Of a DNA stretch of 64,000 bases, positions 39,656 to 52,029 are shown piece after piece; the first letter of the stretch is position 1; each line of letters opens with the position of its first letter. A program made the position numbers and the translations under genes. The DNA is taken from contig JAUZTB010000002.1 of the NCBI GenBank assembly GCA_034780895.1, positions 52,345,924 through 52,409,923 of the forward strand, written 5' to 3'. The notes beneath the pieces were generated by a model that was not told the DNA's origin, made no database searches, and saw only the letters and a list, made by a program, of their open reading frames with translations. Source of the stretch: Rhynchobatus australiae. Lineage: Eukaryota.

Positions 39656-40505
39656 TCAGAGAGCAACACACACCGTCATTACGGTGGGAGATAGCTCGCG
39701 GAGCATGGGATGAGGGAACTTCAACCACAACCAGGGTTGACATTATGGCTCCTAAATAAGCCCCAATGATGGATATTGTCCCCTTCTGATCTCTTGATAA
39801 GTGGCGGATCTATTTCCCCTTTTAATGCTTCTCAAACTAAAAATGTATTAACATGTTGAGTTAAACTATGATGTACTTCGCTGCACAAAGAGCAGGATTG
39901 TTTGTTTGCTGGAATGTGTGAATATTATCCAAACTATTTCACAATTTCTGTGACTTTATCTTCATAGCAACGGGCAATTCGGAGAATTGCATTTTCACAG
40001 TTAATTCACAACTTTTCAATCAGGTATTTCTACAGAAATGAACTGATCCCATGTTACTAACGAACTACTGATACTAAAGTTTTTTTTACAATTATGCGTA
40101 CTGTTCAATAATCGATACAACTACGCAACAATTAATAAACGCTCAGATTTCACCTCAAATAAAGATCTACAGACTATCCAGTGCTCAGAAATAGGCGCAG
40201 GGTTAGAATAAGACATGAGTCGCATGCAATAGATAAAACGCTGCGCACTCACCAGTTTTATAGTCTTGATCGGTGTTAAAATATAATATGGAAGTTCAAA
40301 AAGTTGGTACTGTGTGCTCAGCAAACTAAAACGTTATACATTTAACATGAAATGCTTTCATTAGTAAAATGCACATTAAAAGCTGTCAGTATATGTTTAA
40401 GTGCAGTACTAGCTGCCGTAAATGTTACCCTTTATTTATTAAAATAGCATGTCTATCGTTCAGTACAGTTTACAATATTTCCTTCCGACCCTTGTGCTTA
40501 GTCTA

Positions 40506-41400
<895 letters not shown>

Positions 41401-42539
41401 TGAAAGTTATAAAGCTTGCCCCAGAGTAAGGCTTCGCGAAAAAAAAGACTATTAAAATAATTTACATATCCAATCGTAAAAAGTGCAAACGCCTACTTGT
41501 GATCTGAGCCTATCAAAGCCCTCTGATGCTTTCTTCGCAATTTATTTCCTCAAAGAGTGTTAGGAGGCAGACGACTTCCAGTTTCTGTCGCGACTTTACT
41601 TAAAAAGTACAGCTGTCTTGCTACTAAGTTCACATCGATAATAGGTATTAAAATGTTTTAGTAAGTATCAATCAACACTGCTAAATGCCCGAATAGAAAC
41701 GAGCGCAGAGTCACCATGGGTTAATTTTACTAAAATAATTTACAAAACGTGAATGGTTTGGGGAACTGAACGCATTGAGTTTGGAACACAACTAACCGAG
41801 ATCCAGCTTCTTGCTGTAAATTAGTGGTGAGCCGAACGATAACTTTCAAATGTACAAAAAGCTACTTGAATTAGAGTGAGGAAGCAATTATTTAGCCAGT
41901 CAGTAATCTGGCACTGGCAATGTTCTTGTTAAACCAACTTCAAACGACGTGCCTTTTCAGAAGTATCCATCAAAGGGACATGATCTATAGCATATAACGT
42001 AATGGCAAAACGTTGTATTGCCTTGGATTGGCTAATCGGTAATTATTCTTTTATTCCTATAATTATACTTCAATATCATTAATTTGAACTTATTCAATTT
42101 AGCTAAAGACAACATATGAAAGCTATCTTGCGAGTTCATTACGTAACAACAAGAACCATATCTGACGAAAAACCCGGTATGACAAAGCATTCTGTAGTTT
42201 CGATTGTAACTGTTAATGTTATAGGAATATATCACTAAGCAGTCTTCCCCAAACTTTTCCTCTGAAAGGGAGCCTTGCAATGACGTGAGTGCGGATTGCA
42301 TAAAGTAACATTGTTCATGTATGTTAATCGGAAATTCATGTATTCGGTCAGAAGTGCGGTGCAACCGGATCTGAAAATTGTCAAGTCAGTTTGGTAACAA
42401 CCACGAACGACCAACCTCCTGACTCGCCAACACTCAACTGGAAGACCACTGACCATTCCGCGCAGGGATTCAGAAGGACCTGCACATATTTTGATTGACG
42501 GACAACTTGTCCATTCACCAGATGAACCAGTCTTGAGAT

Positions 42540-42886
42540 CCATTCTAAATAAGAGCTCTTCCACCAATCGGAGTTGGGGAAGGGCGGCACGGGTCTACGC
42601 AAACGGACGAAGTTTACGTCAGAGCTTGAGCGCGGCATGCCGGGTATTGTGGTATAGTTCTCGGCGCCGGACGGTGTTGGCGACGCTGAACTACAATTCC
42701 CAGGGTCCGCTGCGAATTGCAGCTGCGTGACGAGGGCCACGAAGTATTTGGTTGGGCACGCGTGAGGATCTGTCAAATCCGGAGCAGAGATTCAAAAGTG
42801 TGCGCACACTCGCGGTAGAGATACATCCCTTTCGTACGGGATAGTGTGCGTTTGCAAGGGGTTTCCTCATTAAAACGAAAGTGAGT
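42540..42886 (+). promoter_or_regulatory. SUPT3H: Housekeeping-type promoter and probable non-coding exon 1 of SUPT3H
   Basis: Contains CCAAT 42564-42568, GGGCGG 42582-42587, CRE-like TTACGTCA 42614-42621, and ZNF143/THAP11-type ACTACAATTCCCAGGGTCCGCTGCG from 42690 with a second degenerate copy on the minus strand at 42631-42653. A candidate donor aaa|gtgagt is at 42881. Confidence 0.6.
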
Positions 42887-43119
42887 AAAGCATTAGTCAA
42901 TCACGGGTTTTGTGCCTCAGGCCTAAATTCTGACTTGTTCCTCCAGCAGTGTCATTGTTGCCCATAAACAAGTCTTACTGTTTCTTTCATGGACCACACG
43001 TGAACAGGTTTCAGATAAAACGTGTGTAAGACGGAACCAGTTGTCTGTTGCGCAATGAGTTGAGAATGAACTGCCACTGTTTATACCTCACACGGACGGG
43101 GAACAACCTCTGTTCCCGG

Positions 43120-43720
43120 GACCCCGTACGTGTTCCGCTGAGCACAGAACCGCACAACTCCACTGCATCCCAGGTGCCTGCACACGCACCTTTGCCTCTT
43201 TTCCACTGACCCCGTGTTCCTGCACACTCACAGGCCTTCACTTTCCTGATTCTGCGGCATTCCTTGTTCTTGCACGTGAACAGACCACCACTGATAGGAA
43301 ATAGGAATTGGTCCTCCGCCGTACACCGTGTTCCTGCACATTACACACCACCCCTTCCTTTCTTCGACTGCACCTTGTGTTTCTTCACATGCACAGACCA
43401 CCACCTCCCTAATTCCGCTGCACCCCGTGTTCCTGCACATGTGCAGACCACTGCTGTCCAGAACTCACTGAACCCTGTGTTCCTGCATATGCAGTGAACG
43501 CCCCTTCCCTGAATCCAGTGCATAATATACGCTCTCCTCACCTTTCCAGCGTAGTGTTACACGTGTGTGGAAGCCCTGTCATCTGCATCCACTGTTGCCT
43601 GTGTTTTTGTGCATGCACACAGTGTGTTGTGTTCAATGGGCCAGTGTTCCTGTATGTGCACAGAGTGCTTCCTTCTCCCCTCATCCTTTCCAACAATTAT
43701 ACTTCTGCATGGAGAGTGTC
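43120..43720. repeat. Degenerate about 50-bp minisatellite, core CCCCGTGTTCCTGCACA
   Basis: GTGTTCCTGCA or near matches occur at about 43214, 43265, 43328, 43377, 43427, 43477 and 43644. Confidence 0.75.
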
Positions 43721-44269
43721 CTCCAGTGCAATGAATATTCTTTCTATTGCTGTCAGTGGTAATTAAGGGTGTACTTATATGATGCACAATGTATTCCCAT
43801 AACATTTTGGTTATCTTGTTCCTCTGTGTCTTACCTATTTAATGCAGTTTTACGTGAAAGTAAGCAAGTAACCTGAATGTATTTAGTGTTATCATATAAA
43901 CTGCCTGCAAATAATTATTTTGTGGCTGTGTAGCTTATTCAGTTAGTTACCCCCCAATGTGGAGTAATCAATCAGCTGGAGCCCAGTTTTTTTAGGTTTA
44001 CCACATGTATACAGCTGCAAACTTATGACTGTGGTGTTATTAATTTCTTTTACTCTTTCTTTCAAGCCTGCTTTTTCTGCCACAGTGCTAAATGCTACGG
44101 AGGGTTGAGCATTGAAGCAGTATGTTTGTTAATGGATTTTGGTACTCTTTGATAAAATATAGTCCAAGGTCAAGCAGTTTACAATGCTACAACCATTATT
44201 AAGGCTAACCAAGATATGAGGATGTAAACTGATGCAGTGAGCAGGCATGACTTCATGGGGATTAGACTG

Positions 44270-44540
44270 TATGATGTTTAAGTTAGTGGACCAGTGTTCT
44301 GGATCGTTGATCCAATGACATGAGTTCGAATTGAACCAGCTGCAAAATTTAAATTCAAGAAAAATCTGAATTAAAATAAAATCTGGAATTTAAAAGGAAA
44401 CTAGCCTTATTAACAGCAAATGACTGGATTGCTGTGAAAACCTCTCTGGTTCATCAAGGTCCTTCAAGGAAGGAAATCTGCCATCCTTAATTGGTCTGGC
44501 CTGCAAGTGACTCCAGACCAACCAAATGGTTGATGCCTGG
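44270..44540 (+). mobile_element. tRNA-derived chondrichthyan SINE
   Basis: gagttcgaatt...aaatctggaatt...aaggaaggaaatctgccatcctta...gtgactccagacc. Confidence 0.6.
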
Positions 44541-44784
44541 GAACCGAAAAAAACCAGTTTTAAAAAGGTTAAATGAAAAATAGATATTTAGAATACTATT
44601 TTAGATGACCTTGTGGAAGTAGAACATGGGGAGGTGATGTTAAACCAGGAAAGATAATTTTCCTATTGGCAAAAACCCTTCTTGAAGTGAGGGATAGATA
44701 CCTGAAATGAACTTCTATGTCTGATGGCATGGATGCCCTAGATACATTTAAGAATCAATTTCAGGTGCCTTTGGATAGGAATGC

Positions 44785-45205
44785 AGTGTCAGCTGTAGTT
44801 CATTTTGTATGTTTTGAGTTAAAAAGTTGTAATTTAAAGCCTTTAAGGATTTTGACACAAAAAAAGAGTCCCAAACAGTACTGAAGGAGTGCTAGATTGT
44901 TGGGGGTTATTGAATTGTTCCATTAATAAGCTCTTTTTAGGCCAAGATGTTATACCGATGCTCTGCTTTGCTTCTCGTAGGACCATTTTGAAGAAGAGCA
45001 AAGGAGTTATCCCATAACTTGGTTGATATTATTTATGGTTATCCCTAAATCAGTTTCTCAAAAACAAGTTATCTTGTCATGAGAGCTTGCTGTGTGCAAA
45101 TTGCACATTGATAGTGCTGCAAGAATAAATAATTAGATAGTAAAGCTCTTTTGGTTGTTTTGAGGTCATGAAAGAAGCTGTAAAAATGCAACTTTCATTT
45201 TTTTT
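44785..45205 (+). mobile_element. Deu-domain SINE (near full length, decayed)
   Basis: gtgtcagctgtagttca...cagtactgaaggagtgct...ttttgaagaagagca...agcttgctgtgtgcaaattg...aaatgcaactttc. Confidence 0.55.
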
Positions 45206-48200
45206 AAATGATCTTCATCCATACTTGTAATGTTTGATAACTGAAATGGGAAGTTAATAATTCCACTAAGATATGCAAAATAAGACTTGAAAAATTATGT
45301 AATAATTTTTAAAGCAGTGTAAAGATTAAGTTGTCAATATAGGAAAAGAGTACTTGGGTAAAGATGTTGATATTGTGTTTGAGTGAAGGATTGGTGTGAA
45401 AGGTTCATTTTTTTCCGAAGTTTTTACAAAGGAAGATAAGTATTTGACAGAAAATATCCACAGAAAATGTGACAGAAATAAATATTCAAAAGAACTCAAT
45501 TTAAAAAGTTAAAGAGATTAGAAGTAGGTGATGAGTACTTGGGAATAATAAATAAAAAGATTTGTAGTACTCTCAACCAATCTAGGTCTAAGTAATCCAT
45601 GTTAGATACCAAGTATTGTTTCCATTAATAAGTCTCAGTGATTTAACTAATCCTACTTTTCCACTGAACATTTGTGATTTACATTGGAGAGTGCAGGGGA
45701 ATGGGATTAGAGTGGTTAAAGAGTTTGCAATGACTTAAATGTATGGATTGAAAGGCCACCTTCTGTGTTTGTAAACTACCTGACAGTTTTATCGTGTTTT
45801 AATCACAATTGCTTTTTGTCTATTTATCTGTAATGATGTTTTGGCTTTGCAGTAGGCTGCATATTTCCTATGGTTAAGAGGCCAACAAACCATGTTCTGC
45901 CTTCAGTTGGCTGCCATATGGTCCATTATATCAATTCCATCACAGCGAATGGACCTGTACGTTCACCTGGGCATTCCCCTACATGATTGGGATTGGAAAT
46001 GAGAATTAAATGGGGAAAGGGATGAGACAATAACTACTAATCCTCCATTCTTTTTCCCTGCCCTATTATTTTTCTAATTTGTATTTGCTTACCTTGTGTC
46101 AAGCATTAATTCAAAAACAATTTATTTTGTCAAGCCATGGTGATTTAAAATTGAGGTAGACTGAATAATCTGTAAATTTACTGCTTTGTCTGCCCATAAT
46201 CTCTCCTTTGGGCGTTAATTGTATGTGGCTCATCTTATGCTATTTAATTCTACAGAAGCTATAAATTTCTTTTAAATTTTCATCATTTTAATTACATGTT
46301 TGTCTGTTAACTGAGGAAAATGTCATTTTAAGACGATTTCAGCAAGGGAAGGAATAACCTAGTGTTAAAGACTAATTATATGCATGCAGTTTTAAAATTG
46401 CTTGTATTTCACAAAATTCAAAAATCACTAGTTTATAACTACATTAATTCTTAGTGTTCAGAGAAACAGATAAATATTTTACCAAAATCAATTTTTGAGA
46501 TTAATAGTAGTTTATTAGAGACAAAAACATTTTATGATGGACTGTTAGGAGAAAAACTGACCTGATGGATCAGTGAGCACCTTCCAGTTAAACATGCAGG
46601 AAGCTTTGTGTGTCGGCTTTTTTGAGAGGAGACTCTGGACGTTTGTGTCTGAAAGGGGTGAAAATTACATTAAAATGTGAATTTTGAAGGTCTGTTTTAT
46701 TGTTTTCAGATTACAAAGGAGACAGACAAGTTCTGTGGAGTGTAGCAGTTTGTAAAAAATCAAATATATAATTCCTAATATGAGTTCTTTAGTTGGAGGT
46801 TTCAAGTTCTTTAAGATTAGGAACAACTGAGTGTGACCATTTCTTTTCAGTGTTGTTGTTTTAGTTTTCAAGCTTCATGCCAATAATTTTTATTAATGCA
46901 TTTCTGATGCCTTAATTGTTTTGCAGCAATTTTGTCCAATGCTTGCAAACAGTTATAGGGCATCAAGATTTCTGGCAGTTTATAAAAACTTGCTTTGTGT
47001 TAATCAAGATCAAGGCATTAGATCAAACCATAGGAAAATACAGAAAGTCCATATCACTTTTATTGCCATGCTTTGAACTGTATTTTTTTGGAAGCTAGCA
47101 TGTTAAAAATTAAGAATGAAATGAATTGTACTGCTGCAATTTTCTTTTGCCCAATTATTTTGTTGATATTTATTGTCAAATCGAAAGNNNNNNNNNNNNN
47201 NNNNNNNNNNNNNNNNNNNNNNNNNNNNNNNNNNNNNNNNNNNNNNNNNNNNNNNNNNNNNNNNNNNNNNNNNNNNNNNNNNNNNNNGTACACTTTTAAC
47301 AAAAAAGTGTTTTACTTTTACCCAGGAAAGTGATAGTGCACAGCAAAATTCCAATTTTTTTTGTAGGCAAAAGGTTTTAATGCTATCAAATGATTAGTCT
47401 TGTGAAAATCTTTAAGATAAAAATTTGGATGACCTGTGGATATTTAAGCATTCAGGCACAGCTTGTAGTTAGATGGATTCATTACATATGAAAATGCTAT
47501 GATCCTAATTAAGCAAACTTGCTCTTTTTAATAGATGTTTATTATTTAGACACTCAGAGCAGGAAAACAAAACTCTGGAGCAGCTTTACAGTTTGAAGAT
47601 TGACAGCAAAACATTCTTTCAAATCTGCTGTTTGCTGATTGAATGAATGCTAAATGGTTACTGTTTTCATGTATAATGGGGGAGAAAGAAAATCTGATTC
47701 TGTTATATGGGAATGTGGTTGCAACTGATGGGTGCGTATAAAAAATAAAATGCCCTAACACTGAGAGAGAATTAAAACTATGGCTGGAACTACACTATTG
47801 ATAGTAATGGATCTTAGTGTGACAGTGGGTTTTGTAACTGTCTGGCTTCCATTGCATGGAATGATAGGTTGCTATGTTCTTAGCTTTCCATAATTATATG
47901 CTTTAGAAGGATAAATTAGTTCTTGGAATTGTTGATGTTCGGAAGATGAGTTCACGATGAGCAGGTTTTGACACAATCAGTTCTGGTAAATAAACTTATA
48001 AAAAACTTTAGTGTGTTTACAGCCAAATCTGTTATTTTTTTCTTTACTAGCCTGAGAAATGTAACCAACCTTATTTTTACATAAAACCTTCACCCAAAAA
48101 CCTTTGAAAGGCCTGGCACAAATTGAGTGCTGCCGGTTTGCTGTACAGCTGACTTCAGAAGCCAAACGAAAAAGGCATTTTCTGTTTATTATAATTCCAG

Positions 48201-48831
48201 GAAGAGCAAAATGTAGTAAACAGTCATTAATTAAGTAAATGTAATTAGTTTTGGATGAATGAGTGAAAGGTCTTGTTTTAGGGGTGGGGGGGGGGTCAAA
48301 ATGAGGTATTCATCTTCTGATTTTTGATGTTTCTTCCCTGCATGGTTTTTGGTAAGCCCTATAGTTTGTGCAACTTTGGCTGGGTGGTTTAATTGCACAC
48401 TTTTCAGTTTTCTAGTACTAACTCCTGTTCTTTGCTCTTGAATGGAACCTTGCCATTCCACGGAAAATATTTTCTGTTCATGGATTCAGCGTGTTTGCAA
48501 AAAATTGGAATGAGGAGTACATCATATGGCCTGAGAGTTAGGATGTGGGTTTAAAGAGAACCTTCAGTGATTTGTGTTTGGTACCTTCAGGGATTAGGCA
48601 ATGACATGAAAAAATAAACTTTTAAGAAACTGTTTTGGAATGTAATATAAGCAAATCTGTGCTTTAATAAAGGAAGAATATAATTATTTTGAGGGAATTG
48701 TACACTTGGTTTTCAGAGTCACTTTTTTTCTAACTTGGCCTTTTTTTTTGCTTTCTCTTCTGTCTGTTCCTGGAAGCATGGCTCCAATATTGTTTATTTC
48801 CATCTTTACCTAAGCCACCAGTTTGCACACA

Positions 48832-48921
48832 TCTCTCCCTCTCTCTCCCTCTCTCTCCCTCTCTCTCCCTCTCTCTCCCTCTGTGTGTGTGTGTGTGTCT
48901 CTCTCTCTCTGTGTCTCTCTC
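48832..48921. repeat. Compound (CT)n/(CTCTCTCCCT)n-(GT)n-(CT)n microsatellite
   Basis: Seen directly in the sequence. Confidence 0.95.
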
Positions 48922-50259
48922 ACTATTGTTGTATTCCTTTTCCCCTTCAAGGTAGCACTTCATCTGGAGGATTTTTGCTTTTCCTGCTGAGTTTGACTAA
49001 TTGGTACAGACTCTCTCTCTCTCTGGATCATCTACTGGCTGTTTACTCTCCTTTATTTCTCTGTTATTTAACTTTCAGGAACAAATTCAGATTCCATATG
49101 CTGATAGCTCCTCATTCTACCTCATCTCTCAAGCCTATAAAGCATCTCTGTGTTATCAGGTTGGCCATTTGGCATTAGATTGTACGTTAGACCAAAATTT
49201 GAATGTTGACAGTGGATGTAAATATGAGCCAATCACAAAGTTGTGCTGAAATTTTTTTGTTCTCCTGAAGAAGCTTATGCATAATTGATTTGTCTTTTTT
49301 ATTTAGAAACATTGCTGTATGTGAATTTCTTCACTCTTGAATTGTTTGCTGAAGCCAGCTTGTTATTTGTGAAGCATAAGTGCCATTTTTATTCAGCTGC
49401 CTTGTTGCCAGTGTTGTTTCCTACGTCTTTTGAATGTATTTTTATGGTCTCAAACTTTTGCATTAGAAAGAGAAACTTGCCAATTGCATTTTCATAATTA
49501 TACTGTTGTCAATGTAATTTTAGACTTGAGTTTTTAGAATGTCCTCTCCAAACATCAAGATAAGCAGGTCATAAATTCTGGCTTTCTTGGGCACTGATTG
49601 TTTATTACTGATTTCCACAAGTTCCAAGCTAGCTTTTACATTTGTGCTTCTTAGGAAATATAGGTGTAAGTTGAAATTAGCAAGATTGAATTTGATTGTC
49701 GTTGGTAATGTGGTGAAATTCAAAATTAAAGATAAGATATGNNNNNNNNNNNNNNNNNNNNNNNNNNNNNNNNNNNNNNNNNNNNNNNNNNNNNNNNNNN
49801 NNNNNNNNNNNNNNNNNNNNNNNNNNNNNNNNNNNNNNNNNATTGAATTTCAGTCTATCATTTTAATTGAAATATATTGCCTGATATTTTGAACTTTGAA
49901 GTTTGGGCAGACAGGGATGAAAGGATTGTGTCCAGTCTCTTGGTCTGGGAAGTTATAATTTATACAGGTGCTAGTAGTATGCAATTTGTGGTCATAATGA
50001 TGACAAAACTGTCAGCGTTCATCTTTGTAACACTGTAAAACTGAGGGTTATCTGCAGTATTGACTTGTATTGTTAAAACATGGAAATTAAGAGGTTGCAA
50101 ATAAGATTCCTTGTTCCTTCCCAGAATCCTTTCTGGGGATACCTTCAGAAATCAGTAAACTGAGGAGAACTGAGTTTTTATAAGACAGTCCCACTGTTTT
50201 TAAAAAAAAATCCCTCACCTTTGAGGTGTAGGAGACATCTTACTAGTCTACTGAGCTGT

Positions 50260-50492
50260 AATAAAAAGAGAATATTCAAAATGCTTAGCAGAGCAGGTAG
50301 CATCAAAGGAGGGAGGAAAACAAGTTAATGTTTCAGATTGATGGTCTCTAATGAGAAAATCTTTCATCGTGAGTGCTGATGAGGGGCTGCCAACCTGAAA
50401 TATTAACTTTGTTTCTGACACTGCAGATATTGATTGGCCTGCTGTGATTTTCCTGAATTTTATATTTTTATTTTAGAATTTCAGCATCTGCA
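50260..50492. mobile_element. Second palindromic Penelope-terminus mini-element
   Basis: The left arm ...gcaggtagcatc...aaacaagttaatgtttcagattg is inverted against the right arm caacctgaaatattaactttgtttc...ggcctgc...ttcagcatctgca. Confidence 0.55.
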
Positions 50493-50784
50493 TGATCTTG
50501 CATATACACTGAATTATAGCTATTATTTAATAATCTCAGTAACCCTAAAAGAAAAACTGATGTGTGGATTGTCATTCAACAGAAAAGTTCAGTTGAAGTT
50601 CAAAAATGTGAATATTTTATACTTTGAAGTTCAATGTATAACAGCTCCTGCCTTAATCTCAGGTGTGTGTTCCAATCTTCATTCTGTGCCTTAAAAAAGT
50701 TTTAAACTTTTTATTTTAGTCACATTTGAGTAGCTGTTCAGAATTGACAGTGTTATTGGGCTCAATCTACCAACCATTCAATAA

Positions 50785-50830
50785 TAAAAACAGTTTGTTA
50801 AGGTAAAAACAGTTTGTTAAGGTAAAAACA
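50785..50830. repeat. 19-bp tandem duplication (taaaaacagtttgttaagg) x about 2.4
   Basis: Seen directly in the sequence. Confidence 0.9.
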
Positions 50831-51817
50831 TCTCTGCAGAATTTTTGAGTTAAACTAGGTTAGTCTGTGATACTTAATGCTATTTCTGAATGTGACTAAC
50901 ATTGCTAAATTAAAATTCGTTACCATTGAACTATGAACATGCAGTGGAATGGATTTGGAAAATATAAATTCCTTGCTTGTACAGCAATTTTTTTCTGTAA
51001 CTTGTATTTCCTTTCAAGCTACTCTTTTTTTAGAAAGTGAAGGATTAGATTTACTTAATGCATGTGAGTTCCTTTAGTAACAATTTTTAAAATTTCTGTG
51101 GTTGAGGGCAAGTTGTTATAATTGCAGTTTTTTTTGAGTGTTAGTTATGTTGTGATTGTATATCATGTCATGTAAATGGGTTGACTAGTAAAAAAAATAC
51201 TTTTTATTTGAAGGTACAGTTATAATTAAGAGTTGTGTATTGTTAAATACTTTTTCTTAGTAATTAGAAATGATTAAGACATTCAACACCTGAGAGAGGC
51301 TATACCAATTTGCTTGCCATACCATTTCAATCAGGCTAGAAGCTAGTAAAATGAGTTAGTAATCTCTAGTACTAAGATATTTCATAGAAATTTCTAATAG
51401 TTTATTAGTATTTATTTCACACCTAAACTATTGAATGCCATTGTCATTTATCTTAACATGTATGTAGCGTTTTACAAGCTGAAAGGCAGTATTAAGAAGC
51501 ATTTGCAATCTCAGTAAGCATTTTAATAGTGAAACTTTGTGTGGCAACTTGGCCACATAAATTTGTTTTCAGTTCTTATTACTATATCAGATATATCCAT
51601 CCTTTTCTCTTTATATATAGTCTTTATGTATTTGCACGTGAGGAGTGTTTTTTGTCAGAGATGATGCATTCAGTTACTAACTTCCAGGAGATTTGTCTTT
51701 TCCAAACTCCATTGCATTAGTGAACTATGCAGTTTAACACTACCAAAAATGAAATATTTATTTATTTCTTTACAAACTTAAGTAAAATTATGAATGTAGT
51801 AAAATGTTCATAATGGA

Positions 51818-51975
51818 GGGTGGCACAGCACAGTTTTGCTGCTTCACAGCTCCAGGGACCTTGTTTGCATGCGTGGATTTCCTTGGGGTGCTACATTTTC
51901 CTCCCACATTGCAAAGGTCTGTTGGTAGATTAATTGGCTATTGTATAAATTACCCCTTATTATAGATAGGTGACA
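51818..51975 (+). mobile_element. V-domain SINE fragment
   Basis: ggtggcacagc...cacagctccagggacc...gcgtggatttccttggggtgct...ttcctcccaca. Confidence 0.6.
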
Positions 51976-52029
51976 AAAAAGGTCAGGAAGGGGAAATCTG
52001 CACCAATACACTCATTTCTTAGATCAAAT

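Noticed and set aside
42032-42900. Several overlapping 70-131 aa ORFs
   Set aside because: These are expected in GC/CpG-richer promoter DNA and show no recognisable homology or exon structure.
43120-43720. CRISPR-like repeat-spacer appearance
   Set aside because: The context is a vertebrate intron, the repeats are degenerate, the spacers are related to each other, and there are no cas genes. It is a minisatellite.
48730-49178. 147-aa and 77-aa ORFs
   Set aside because: They are produced by the CT/GT microsatellite (SL/CV and ER repeats).
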